Numbered from the stretch's first letter, positions 24,583 to 32,000 are shown. The stretch is DNA of 32,000 nucleotides from Candidatus Saccharimonadota bacterium (GCF_029232205.1 NZ_CP107255.1:300001-332000), one strand, 5' to 3'. Notes: generated from the letters alone by a model not told the origin. Made by a program: numbers and translations.

Positions 24583-25206
24583 ATGGTCAGGGACTATGAG
24601 GAAGAAGTAATGACGTCTCTTCTGGCGTATAAAATTTTGCGTTCTATTAATAGGAAAGGCCAAGCATACCCTACAGAGATAGCAGAAGATCTTGATACTT
24701 CTTACCAATCTGTAAACAATTATATGAAAGGCCTAAGAAAGAGAAAAATAGTAGAAAAGAGCAAAGAGGAAGGGAAGAAAAGATACTATTCTATTTCTCC
24801 AGAAGGAATCTTTAACACTTGGAAGCAGTTATGGCTTGAAGATTTAGATAAGGAAACAGTTTCTAGCCTAAAGAGAGCAGTGCAAAGCGATAAGGCCCAA
24901 AAACATATCGAAGATATAGAAAATAACGTAGGTGTTCTGGTATCATCATATACTGCAGGCTACTTAGAGGTAAATGAGGAAGGAAATCTTCAGGACATGT
25001 TATATGACGACTTCTGGACGTCTCTACAACCGTATCCTACCAATTCAGAACAGTGGCTATCTACTTTTTGCCATCTAATGGATATACTTCGAAAGACAGA
25101 AAAAGTCGGAAAAGGACCTATGATAGCGGCTATTGAAAAAACAAGAGAATCTGAAGAGCAGATTGGGGACTTTAAATTTTTCTCAGATTTGGAGAAAGAG
25201 AATTAA
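24583..25206 (+). CDS. Winged-helix transcription regulator with a C-terminal extension, ~207 aa
   Basis: LLAYKILRSINRKGQAYPTEIAEDLDTSYQSVNNYMKGLRKRKIVEKSKEEGKKRYYSISPEG is an ArsR/MarR-like wHTH. I prefer the ATG at 24583 to the TTG at 24577. Confidence 0.6.
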   Translation: MVRDYEEEVMTSLLAYKILRSINRKGQAYPTEIAEDLDTSYQSVNNYMKGLRKRKIVEKSKEEGKKRYYSISPEGIFNTWKQLWLEDLDKETVSSLKRAVQSDKAQKHIEDIENNVGVLVSSYTAGYLEVNEEGNLQDMLYDDFWTSLQPYPTNSEQWLSTFCHLMDILRKTEKVGKGPMIAAIEKTRESEEQIGDFKFFSDLEKEN

Positions 25207-26714
25207 AGGAAGCCTTTCTCTTTCATACGTTTTCGAGTACTATCGCGGATACTCTCCTCTATCTGTTCTTCATTTAACCCAAACTCCTCTGTCAACGTCT
25301 CTATAACTTCGCTCTTTACTTCGTGTGTTGTCTTGTTCATTTCTGAAACTGTGTCAGCATTCTTTGCAGGATTTTCTATATTCTTCATGCTGTTTTGGCT
25401 AGCAATATCCTCCAAAGCCGCTTCCATTACTTCATCAGGGCTGTTGTGAGCCTTTAAACTGTTTTCAAGTTCTCCTTCACAGTTCTTGCAGTAACTCCAT
25501 AGAGGAGAGGCGTACTCTCCGCACTCTGGACAGTCGTAGGGTTTAAGGTTATCTCTACTGAATTTCTTTTCTGATTTATTTAGGTTTTCTCCATAATCCT
25601 CTCTCACTCCTGCTAGGAGGCTCTCCTGCATGAGCTCGATATAGTATTTCGGAGCATCGCTATTCTTGCTCCATCCGAAAAACCCTCTCAAGAAGTTCTC
25701 GTTTTTATCCTTCGATGCCCAATACAGCGCTCTTCCGTCTCTCCAGAACCAGTGTGGCTTTTTCGTTATCCTCTCTGGTATGTCTGACCTGTCTATACAT
25801 CTCTGCAAGGCCCTTCTCATGGCGTCATCATCCAGGGGTTTGTACTTCTTCACTGCTTCAGAATTCTTCCCTTGCCAGGTGCAGCTCTCACATTCATACC
25901 GTCTTTCACTATAGTTTCTGGATCTACTTTTCGCATTAAGCTGGTCCCCACAGTTGGGGCAGAAATTTCTTGGGTTCTGATGCCTGAAAACAGGATCTGA
26001 CATGTCAGGATTTGTTTCTTCGTACAGTTTCTTCATCAGAGGCATCCCTACACGGACAGGAACTGTCCTCTCTCCTGACTTACCTCTGAGAGTTACGTGC
26101 ATCTCCTGGTCCTTGAACTTGATCTGGTTCCAGCTAAGAGGCTCCGGGTACTTGTGCGTGTCAGAGGTCTTCGCTAGCTCACCTATTCTTGCACCCGTGG
26201 CCCAGCCAAACACAACCATTGCTTGATCGCGCAGACTGTTTGCTGCTTCGGAAACTTTTATTACGTGCTCAGGCGTTGGTCTGGTATCTGTATCGATATT
26301 GTGCGTGATATTGGTGTGTACTTCGAGATCTTCCAGGAGTTCCTCGCCGTCAATATCTTCAACATATCCGCGTCCTTCTTTCTTGATGAAACTATTGTAG
26401 AACACGCTAATAGTCTCCATCAGTTTCTCTTTGCTGTAGTCGCTATATTTCTCTCCATCGTTCTTCCTTACTTCATCTTGGTTTATCTTGCCTACTAAGG
26501 CCTCTAGGTCCTTATATTTGGCTTTGTCTAGTTTAAAATCTATATGTTCTGCTAGACTATTGAAGCAGGAAGCATTCCTTTGCAGGGTTTCGCCTCCTAC
26601 GTCTGTTGATTTTCTCTTGCGGAAGAAATCGTTTAGAACTTCTTTATTGTGCTCTGAGAGTTCGGGATTTTGCTGAAGTTTCTGGTTGGTCTGTTTTAGA
26701 GCTTGGAAGGGCAT
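25203..26714 (-). CDS. int: Tyrosine recombinase/integrase (intact; not split by integration) with two zinc-ribbon insertions
   Basis: 503 aa with an N-terminal SAM-like domain. Catalytic residues in order: Arg (GWATGARIGE), the Lys hairpin (LRGKSGERTVPV), His..Arg (KPHWFWRDGRA), and Trp...Tyr (GWSKNSDAPKYYIE). There are two CxxC...CxxC modules: CPNCG..CESC and CPECG..CKNC. Confidence 0.8.
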   Translation of the reverse strand: MPFQALKQTNQKLQQNPELSEHNKEVLNDFFRKRKSTDVGGETLQRNASCFNSLAEHIDFKLDKAKYKDLEALVGKINQDEVRKNDGEKYSDYSKEKLMETISVFYNSFIKKEGRGYVEDIDGEELLEDLEVHTNITHNIDTDTRPTPEHVIKVSEAANSLRDQAMVVFGWATGARIGELAKTSDTHKYPEPLSWNQIKFKDQEMHVTLRGKSGERTVPVRVGMPLMKKLYEETNPDMSDPVFRHQNPRNFCPNCGDQLNAKSRSRNYSERRYECESCTWQGKNSEAVKKYKPLDDDAMRRALQRCIDRSDIPERITKKPHWFWRDGRALYWASKDKNENFLRGFFGWSKNSDAPKYYIELMQESLLAGVREDYGENLNKSEKKFSRDNLKPYDCPECGEYASPLWSYCKNCEGELENSLKAHNSPDEVMEAALEDIASQNSMKNIENPAKNADTVSEMNKTTHEVKSEVIETLTEEFGLNEEQIEESIRDSTRKRMKEKGFL

Positions 26715-26806
26715 GGTTTTGCTTTACACCTCTATAAAGCCTAGAAGCGACTAAGCCCTTCAAAAGAGTATCTGTTAAGTCGATACTGAACATGGGAGCC
26801 AATGGG

Positions 26807-26817
26807 CGGCTTTCCCA
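26807..26817 (+). repeat. Putative attR core (CGGCTTTCCCA)
   Basis: Exact 11-bp copy of the tRNA-Met 3' end, 93 nt upstream of the integrase start codon. It is followed by the hairpin CTTCAC-gtat-GTGAAG. Confidence 0.5.
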
Positions 26818-26942
26818 TCCTTCACGTATGTGAAGGCTGTTCAAGAAACCATTTGGGTTTGAATGCTTTTGTTCCCAAGTTTTTCTTCATTCTCTAATAA
26901 GAAAGGAAAAGGAAATGTTTGTGGTTTTTTTCTGTCGTGTGA

Positions 26943-27110
26943 TTAGGCCTCTGCCTCTACTATGTGGGTATTGTTTACGCAGCTTTGGTGACAGTAGCCT
27001 TCGGTAGCTTCCAGGTAGTCTTCGTGACTGTGAACTCTATCTCCGCAGATAACGCATAGGCCTAACCTGTCGACTGTTGTATTCAGAATTGTTCCACCCC
27101 CCGTGGCCAT
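26943..27110 (-). CDS. Small Cys/His-rich protein, 55 aa
   Basis: Below the track cutoff. My translation is MATGGGTILNTTVDRLGLCVICGDRVHSHEDYLEATEGYCHQSCVNNTHIVEAEA, giving a CxxC...H.H...CHxxC pattern. Confidence 0.35.
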   Translation of the reverse strand: MATGGGTILNTTVDRLGLCVICGDRVHSHEDYLEATEGYCHQSCVNNTHIVEAEA

Positions 27111-27194
27111 ACGTTTACCGAGGAGGGTATTAAGTAAATCTGTAGAGGAGAACTTGTGTTCTCCTCCGATACTACTTTCTGGTCAAAAGGCCTT

Positions 27195-28997
27195 TTACTC
27201 GTGCGTGAAGTAGAAAATTCCTTCTTCCTCGCATCTTACGAATCCGAATCTCTCGAACTGGTATACCTCATTTGAATCATATTCGGATGGTTCGATCCGG
27301 CCTTCTTTGACTTCGCCGTCAGGCATGTGGACCTGAGCCTCGTCTGCGTTGGATGGAGCCCAGTGTACAATGTCTGCGTCTTTATCTAGGGCCTCGGTGT
27401 GGTCTCCTTCGCGGTACTCTGCGGTTTCTCCTTCTATTTCGATGTTGCAGAGGCCTTTCAGTCTGAGGAATCCGTCCTCAAGATCTTCTTCCTCTACAAG
27501 AACTGTGATTTTTTCTCCGTCTCTGTCTAGTTCGAAGTTTCTGGTGCCCAGATCCTGGTCTGGGTGGCGGGCCATGTGAGGTTCAACATCCTCTGGAACT
27601 CCTGAGATCTCAAGTTCTACAGGGTTTCTGACGAAGAATCTTCTTTCGGCTTCCTGATCCACTATCTTTCTGTTGTGGGATTCAAGTGTTTCTGTGCTGG
27701 CCTCGATATCTTTCTCTGAGACCCCCATTTCAATGTAGAAGTTCTGAAGGGCCTCTGGCTGGAATCCTCTTTTTCTGAGAGCTCTCAGTGTTGGAGCTCT
27801 TGGGTCGTCCCATCCGTCGAGTTCTCCTTCCTCCATCATTTCTGTAAGCGTGGATGTGCTTACAGGTGCGTCGAATCCTGAGATCTTGACATTGCCCCAG
27901 TACATGATGTGAGGGTAATCCCAGTCAAGGTAGTCGTAGATAAATTTCTGACGCTTTGTGGAGGCCCTGAGTTCTTTCCCACGTACAATATGTGTTGTAC
28001 CCATTACATGATCCTCGATAGCGCCCTGGAAATCAAGAAGAGGCCAGACACGGTACTTATCTCCGGTAACAGGGTGATCGGCCTCATCAATTATTCTGAA
28101 AGCTACAAAGTCTCTGATAGCAGGATTCTTATGCTGCATATCTGTCTTGATCTTCAAGGTAGCTTCTCCTTCTTCAAAGAAGGCCTTTTCTTCCTCTTGA
28201 TCCTCTTCTTCAGTTTCTTCATCTGCTTTATCTTCATTGTCTTCTTGAGGTTCCGATTCTTCGTCGGCCTCTTTTTCCTCTTCCTGTTCTTCTGTTTCTT
28301 CTTTGTTTTCTGCACGCATTTTCTTCCAGAGCTGCATGTTTTCCTCTGCGCTCTGATCTCTGTGTGGGCAGGCCTCTCCTTCTTCACGGTATTTGTGTCC
28401 TTCTTCCTGTGAGCACTGGCATACGTAGGCCTTGCCCATTTCGATAAGTTTTTCCGCGTATTCTATGTATGTATCAAAGTTTTTGGATGAGTAACGGACT
28501 TCGTCAGGCTTGTAGCCCAGCCATTCGTAGTCCTCTGCGTACATGTCGTATGCTTCTTTCAGAGGCCTTTTAGTGACTGGATCTGTGTCGTCGTACCTGA
28601 GAATTAGTTTGCCTTCGTATTTGTCCCGTAGCTCTCCGTTGATTGTCATTCCGCGGGCGTGGCCGATGTGTGGAGGGCCGTTGGGGTTTGGTGCGAATCT
28701 TACAACTATTTCTTCGTATTCTTCTGCGTTTTCAAGGTCTGGGATCGGGTCGTGTTCTTCCTCTTCTTTTTCCTCGAACTCGTAGGATTCAAGCTCTTCT
28801 TCCTGTTCTTCAAGGCTCATTTCGTTGATTTCTGCGCAGATTTCCTGTGTTTTCTGCGTTACTTCTCCCTTGTTTTCAAATTCTTCCTCTGCAAAAATCT
28901 TTCCAATTACTGCTCCTGGGTTGCATTCTCCGCCGTGATCAACAGCGTTCTTCAAAGCATATTTACGAGCTATCTCCTCGAGTTCCATACCTTTCAC
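27195..28997 (-). CDS. gltX: Glutamyl-tRNA synthetase (archaeal/eukaryal type) with hyper-acidic insertions
   Basis: 600 aa. It has the HIGH motif (PNPNGPPHIGHARG) and LRYDDTDP. The blocks FRIIDEADHPVTGDKYRVWPLLDFQGAIEDHVMGTTHIVRGKE are class I GluRS core sequences. Confidence 0.9.
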   Translation of the reverse strand: MKGMELEEIARKYALKNAVDHGGECNPGAVIGKIFAEEEFENKGEVTQKTQEICAEINEMSLEEQEEELESYEFEEKEEEEHDPIPDLENAEEYEEIVVRFAPNPNGPPHIGHARGMTINGELRDKYEGKLILRYDDTDPVTKRPLKEAYDMYAEDYEWLGYKPDEVRYSSKNFDTYIEYAEKLIEMGKAYVCQCSQEEGHKYREEGEACPHRDQSAEENMQLWKKMRAENKEETEEQEEEKEADEESEPQEDNEDKADEETEEEDQEEEKAFFEEGEATLKIKTDMQHKNPAIRDFVAFRIIDEADHPVTGDKYRVWPLLDFQGAIEDHVMGTTHIVRGKELRASTKRQKFIYDYLDWDYPHIMYWGNVKISGFDAPVSTSTLTEMMEEGELDGWDDPRAPTLRALRKRGFQPEALQNFYIEMGVSEKDIEASTETLESHNRKIVDQEAERRFFVRNPVELEISGVPEDVEPHMARHPDQDLGTRNFELDRDGEKITVLVEEEDLEDGFLRLKGLCNIEIEGETAEYREGDHTEALDKDADIVHWAPSNADEAQVHMPDGEVKEGRIEPSEYDSNEVYQFERFGFVRCEEEGIFYFTHE

Positions 28998-29054
28998 TGC
29001 GTAGAAAATTCCTATAAATTCAATCCCTATGGAAAGATAGTTTTAGTGAAGGCC

Positions 29055-29567
29055 TTACTCTTCATCGGAGATAAGAGTCCATTTCTTCTCCGCGGTCGAG
29101 TTATCTACAACCCAGAGATCTCCGTTCTCAAGTCTCAACCGGGTCTTCCTCAGGCCTACATCTTCCAGAACACCTTCTGTACCCTCGATAATCACGCGGT
29201 CGCCGGAGTTAAAGTCCGAGTCCTGTGCCAGGTATGCTCCAGCAACGGTATCAGCGATAACATCCTTCAACGCGAACGCTACACCAAGAGCTACAAAACC
29301 TGAGGCAGTACCCATTGAAGCCGCAATACCTGAGAAACCGAGCACGCTGAGAGTCATGAGAATGGCCCAGAACCACATGAAGAAACGGCCTGAATCCACA
29401 ATAAGCTCAACTACAACAGGCTCCGAGTACCTCCGCGAGGCCGCAGATCTCAGAATATCCGATCCTGCTCTTATACCAATAACAGCCGCCAGCAGAAGAA
29501 GGCCTGCCTTGATTATTTTTATCCCAATCTCCGATACAGCAGCCTGAACCACAACAGGATCAATCAT
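29055..29567 (-). CDS. Short MscS-family mechanosensitive channel homologue, 170 aa
   Basis: The pore-lining helix pattern GFVALGVAFALKDVIADTVAGAYL is followed by the beta-domain GDRVIIEGTEGVLEDVGLRKTRLRLENGDLWVVDNS. The usual C-terminal alpha/beta domain is absent. Confidence 0.7.
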   Translation of the reverse strand: MIDPVVVQAAVSEIGIKIIKAGLLLLAAVIGIRAGSDILRSAASRRYSEPVVVELIVDSGRFFMWFWAILMTLSVLGFSGIAASMGTASGFVALGVAFALKDVIADTVAGAYLAQDSDFNSGDRVIIEGTEGVLEDVGLRKTRLRLENGDLWVVDNSTAEKKWTLISDEE

Positions 29568-29618
29568 ACTGAAAATTTACTTTTGCCTTCTTTTTACTCT
29601 TTGCAGCTTCCCAGAAAA

Positions 29619-31034
29619 TTATTTCAGGCCTAGTTTCTTCTTGAATTCTTTGGCATTTTTTAGATGATTCTCGACTGTTTCATCGTTCATTCTGTCGAGT
29701 GTTGATGTCATGAAGCTCATTCTGTGAATATCTGAGATTTTTTCTCTGTGTTTGTTGATGAAGTTCCAGTAGAGGCCGTCCCAGTGGTCTTCCCAGTCTC
29801 CACCTTCGTAATGAGACATCTTGTTGATGTAGTTTGATGAGGAGATGTAGGGCTTGGTCATCATGTTTTCGTAGGCGTATTGGCTCATACCGTAGATGTT
29901 CGGCACCATCACCCAGTCATACGAGTCGATAAACATCTCCATAAACCAGTCATAGACTTCATCAGGATCGATCTCGAGAAGTAGCATCACGTTGCCGAGA
30001 ACCATCAACCGCTCGATGTGGTGAGCATATGCATCATCCAATGCGTGACGAATAGAATCATCAACGGGTGGAAGGCCTGTACTTGCGCTGTAAAACTCTT
30101 CTGGCATCGAGTTATCCGCGTTCCAGAAGTTGGCTTCCCTCATCCCTGGCTCCAGCTCGTACATCGCCCGTATGAATTCTCGCCACCCGATGATCTGTCT
30201 CAGGAAACCTTCAAGAGAATTCATGGGGTAATCTTTCTCTTCATGGGCCTGTAGAGTTTTCTCTACTATTTCTTCCGGCGTCAAGAGGCCTAAATTGATT
30301 GAAGAGGATAGCAGAGAGTGGAAGCCGAACTTGAGGTCTGGATCAATCGCGTCCTGGTAGTCACCGAACTTCTCTAATCTATTCTCAAGGAAGTCTTCAA
30401 GATTTTTCAGGGCCTGTTCGCGTGTTGCCGGCCAGAAAAAATCCTCGATTTTCCCAGGATTTTCCGGAAAGTTTTCCTCCACGTATTCTTTCGCATCTTC
30501 GACGTGCTGAGAAGAAAACTGTGGTATCTCCGGTTTTTCAATATCTTCCGGCATTTTCTTCCTGTTTTCGGGATCGAAACTCCATTTGCCTCCTTCAGGC
30601 TTTCCTTCATCATCTACCAGTATGTTGAACTTTTTCCGCATCTGTTTGTAGTAGTTCAACTGGAAGTACTTGTGTGAAGAGAAGTATTTCTGGTTGAAAT
30701 CCATCGAGGCCATGAAACCTGGGTTCTCCTCGAAAACTAGCTCGACATCGAACTTTTCCGCTAGGCCTTCCAGCTGGTTCCTAGCTTTGTGGTCTACAGG
30801 ATTGTATATCCTGATTTTATCTTCTTTCTGGAAGATCTCGGCGATATCCTGGTCGTATTCGAAGTATTCGACGTTAAATTTCTCTGAGTAGGCCTTCATT
30901 GAGGCCCGGTGTAGTATTAGCTTTTTTCTGTGGAAGTTGAAGTCTGTGAAGTATCTTGAGTGCTCTACGAGGTATTTTATGTCTTCATCTACTGGTTCTG
31001 GGAAGAGCTGGTTTGGGAGGATGATGGAGGCCAT
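29619..31034 (-). CDS. FeS-BCP/(6-4)-photolyase-related protein (COG3046-type cryptochrome/photolyase family)
   Basis: 471 aa. N-terminus IILPNQLF...HRKKLILHRASMKAY. C-terminal blocks are LEGFLRQIIGWREFIR, AYAHHIERLMVLGN, PNIYGMSQYA, TKPYISSSNYINKMS and LYWNFI. The protein contains no cysteine at all. Confidence 0.8.
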   Translation of the reverse strand: MASIILPNQLFPEPVDEDIKYLVEHSRYFTDFNFHRKKLILHRASMKAYSEKFNVEYFEYDQDIAEIFQKEDKIRIYNPVDHKARNQLEGLAEKFDVELVFEENPGFMASMDFNQKYFSSHKYFQLNYYKQMRKKFNILVDDEGKPEGGKWSFDPENRKKMPEDIEKPEIPQFSSQHVEDAKEYVEENFPENPGKIEDFFWPATREQALKNLEDFLENRLEKFGDYQDAIDPDLKFGFHSLLSSSINLGLLTPEEIVEKTLQAHEEKDYPMNSLEGFLRQIIGWREFIRAMYELEPGMREANFWNADNSMPEEFYSASTGLPPVDDSIRHALDDAYAHHIERLMVLGNVMLLLEIDPDEVYDWFMEMFIDSYDWVMVPNIYGMSQYAYENMMTKPYISSSNYINKMSHYEGGDWEDHWDGLYWNFINKHREKISDIHRMSFMTSTLDRMNDETVENHLKNAKEFKKKLGLK

Positions 31035-31290
31035 ACTGTAAGGTCTAATGCTGAGTTATTTGTCCTTTTTTGTTTCCTGTCTGGCCTTATCCCCAAACTG
31101 TTTTTCTTCTGATCGGCCGTCGTTAGTTTTTCTTTTTGGAGGTCTTATTCCCTGATTTTCTTGATTCTAATGCTGTTTCAGGCCTTGATTTCTGCAGTAA
31201 AGCTCTGTATCTATAGGGAAAAAGGTTTATAATTGATTTTGCAGAATTTCTGGCCTTGTTTTGATAAGTGAAAGGGTTACAGTTTGGTTT

Positions 31291-31506
31291 ATGGATTCAA
31301 CTCAAGCTAAGTTGCTTTTTCCAGTAGGTGCAGTACTGGAGTTTCTGGGAGCGCTGACATTAATCACCAACGATGGAGCCTTAATCTCCAAAGTTGATCT
31401 TGGATTTAGCATTCCAGCTATCCTGCCTGTAGAAGTTCAGGGGATAGGGCTCCTGGCTGCTGGAGGTCTACTAACGGCATTTGCCATAAAGGAGATAAGT
31501 AGCTAG
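31291..31506 (+). CDS. Small membrane protein, 71 aa
   Basis: I prefer the ATG at 31291 (MDSTQAKLLFPVGAVLEFLGALTLI...). Two hydrophobic helices are present. Confidence 0.4.
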   Translation: MDSTQAKLLFPVGAVLEFLGALTLITNDGALISKVDLGFSIPAILPVEVQGIGLLAAGGLLTAFAIKEISS

Positions 31507-31595
31507 TTAAAACCCTAGACTCCTTACAAAAATTCTCTTCTTTTATCTTTACGCTATGAGAAAATAGGCCTAAAATTTGAGCTTTATATCTAATA

Positions 31596-31871
31596 ATGAG
31601 CGATCCAATTTATTCCAGCAAATTAAAAAGCATAGGCCCTTATTTTAGATGTATGAATACAAAACTGAAAGAGGCCATTCTCAGAGGCCTGTCTGCATCA
31701 GTTTTTTCGGCAGTAGCAACATATCTGGGCCTGAGAGCATGGATAACTCTAAGTATCAGTGTAGGGCCTGTGACAAAGCTTTACTCGCTGGTTGATGCGG
31801 CTACAGTTCTTGCAGCAGTGCTTGCCTTTTTCACTACGGCATTGGCATCGTATACTTCAATGGAGGAATGA
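31596..31871 (+). CDS. Small membrane protein, 91 aa
   Basis: Two or three hydrophobic segments, including LSASVFSAVATYLGL and AATVLAAVLAFFTTALA. Confidence 0.45.
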   Translation: MSDPIYSSKLKSIGPYFRCMNTKLKEAILRGLSASVFSAVATYLGLRAWITLSISVGPVTKLYSLVDAATVLAAVLAFFTTALASYTSMEE

Positions 31872-32000
31872 TTTTTATCGGGTTTAGAGAGATTTTAGAG
31901 AGACGTAAAATAGAACTTGCCGGGCTTCTATCCCTTCTAGTAGTTACAGTGTTGAATCAAATAGCCCGAACTCCGTTAATTTACATATTTACGGTAATTG
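31868..32000 (+). CDS. Membrane protein, 5' fragment continuing beyond the window
   Basis: Its ATG overlaps the upstream stop (ATGA). Sequence starts MIFIGFREILERRKIELAGLLSLLVVTVLNQIARTPLIYIFTVI... and stays open to the window end. Confidence 0.35.
   Translation, partial: MIFIGFREILERRKIELAGLLSLLVVTVLNQIARTPLIYIFTVI

Larger units (their letters stand above)
13801..26817. mobile_element. Integrated element (~13.0 kb; integrative plasmid or provirus) inserted at the 3' end of tRNA-Met
   Basis: The 11-bp direct repeat CGGCTTTCCCA occurs at 13790-13800 (tRNA 3' end) and at 26807-26817. A 10-bp inverted repeat lies just inside both ends: TCCCATGTTC at 13806-13815 and GAACATGGGA at 26788-26797. 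An intact tyrosine integrase sits next to the right end. The element also carries an SF3 helicase, many small RHH/wHTH/AbrB regulators and ORFans. Its AGGCCT density is lower than in the flanks. Confidence 0.7.

Noticed and set aside
13801-26817. Assigning the element to a known archaeal virus family (pleolipovirus-, SSV- or tailed-virus-like)
   Set aside because: I find no spike/VP3-VP4-like pair with matching topology, no split SSV-type integrase, and no terminase, portal or major capsid signatures. I left it as an unclassified integrative element.
27909-29303. Long + strand ORFs (167, 214, 80 and 61 aa) rich in Phe/Leu/Cys
   Set aside because: They are shadow ORFs antisense to GluRS and to the GluRS/MscS region. 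They are created by GAA/GAG-rich coding sequence on the other strand.
1-32000. CRISPR arrays, rRNA genes, IS elements or transposases
   Set aside because: I found no regularly spaced direct repeats, no rRNA-like conserved segments, and no transposase-like ORFs or terminal inverted repeats other than those at the integrase element borders.

Overview
Archaeal chromosome segment with strongly acidic, halophile-type proteins, roughly low-to-mid-40s %GC by eye, and tightly packed genes. This style fits a small-genome halophilic archaeon such as a nanohaloarchaeon, but that is inference only. Positions 1-13.4 kb hold core genes: the priS 5' part, a SAM methyltransferase, PCNA, an OB-fold protein, TFS, signal peptidase, RpoL, a METTL5-like methyltransferase, XPB helicase, one ABC ATPase followed by two paralogous permease pairs, and inorganic pyrophosphatase. 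Positions 13.47-13.80 kb hold tRNA-Val(GAC) and an intron-containing tRNA-Met(CAT). Positions 13.80-26.82 kb are a ~13 kb integrated mobile element inserted at the 3' end of tRNA-Met. It is bounded by an 11-bp direct repeat plus a 10-bp inverted repeat. It carries an intact tyrosine integrase with zinc-ribbon insertions, a D5/P4-type SF3 helicase, many RHH/wHTH/AbrB regulators, a GAACGTTC palindrome cluster, and an 846-aa acidic low-complexity protein. No recognisable capsid gene is present. Positions 26.9-32 kb return to core genes: GluRS, a short MscS-like channel, a cysteine-free FeS-BCP-type photolyase homologue, and small membrane proteins. Three signals stand out beyond gene calls. First, the palindrome AGGCCT is about 13-fold over-represented across the window and is less dense in the integrated element. 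Second, the tRNA-Met intron has a C/D-box-like half-guide positioned to target C34. Third, the element contains a dense palindrome/iteron cluster. No CRISPR array, rRNA gene or transposase was seen.
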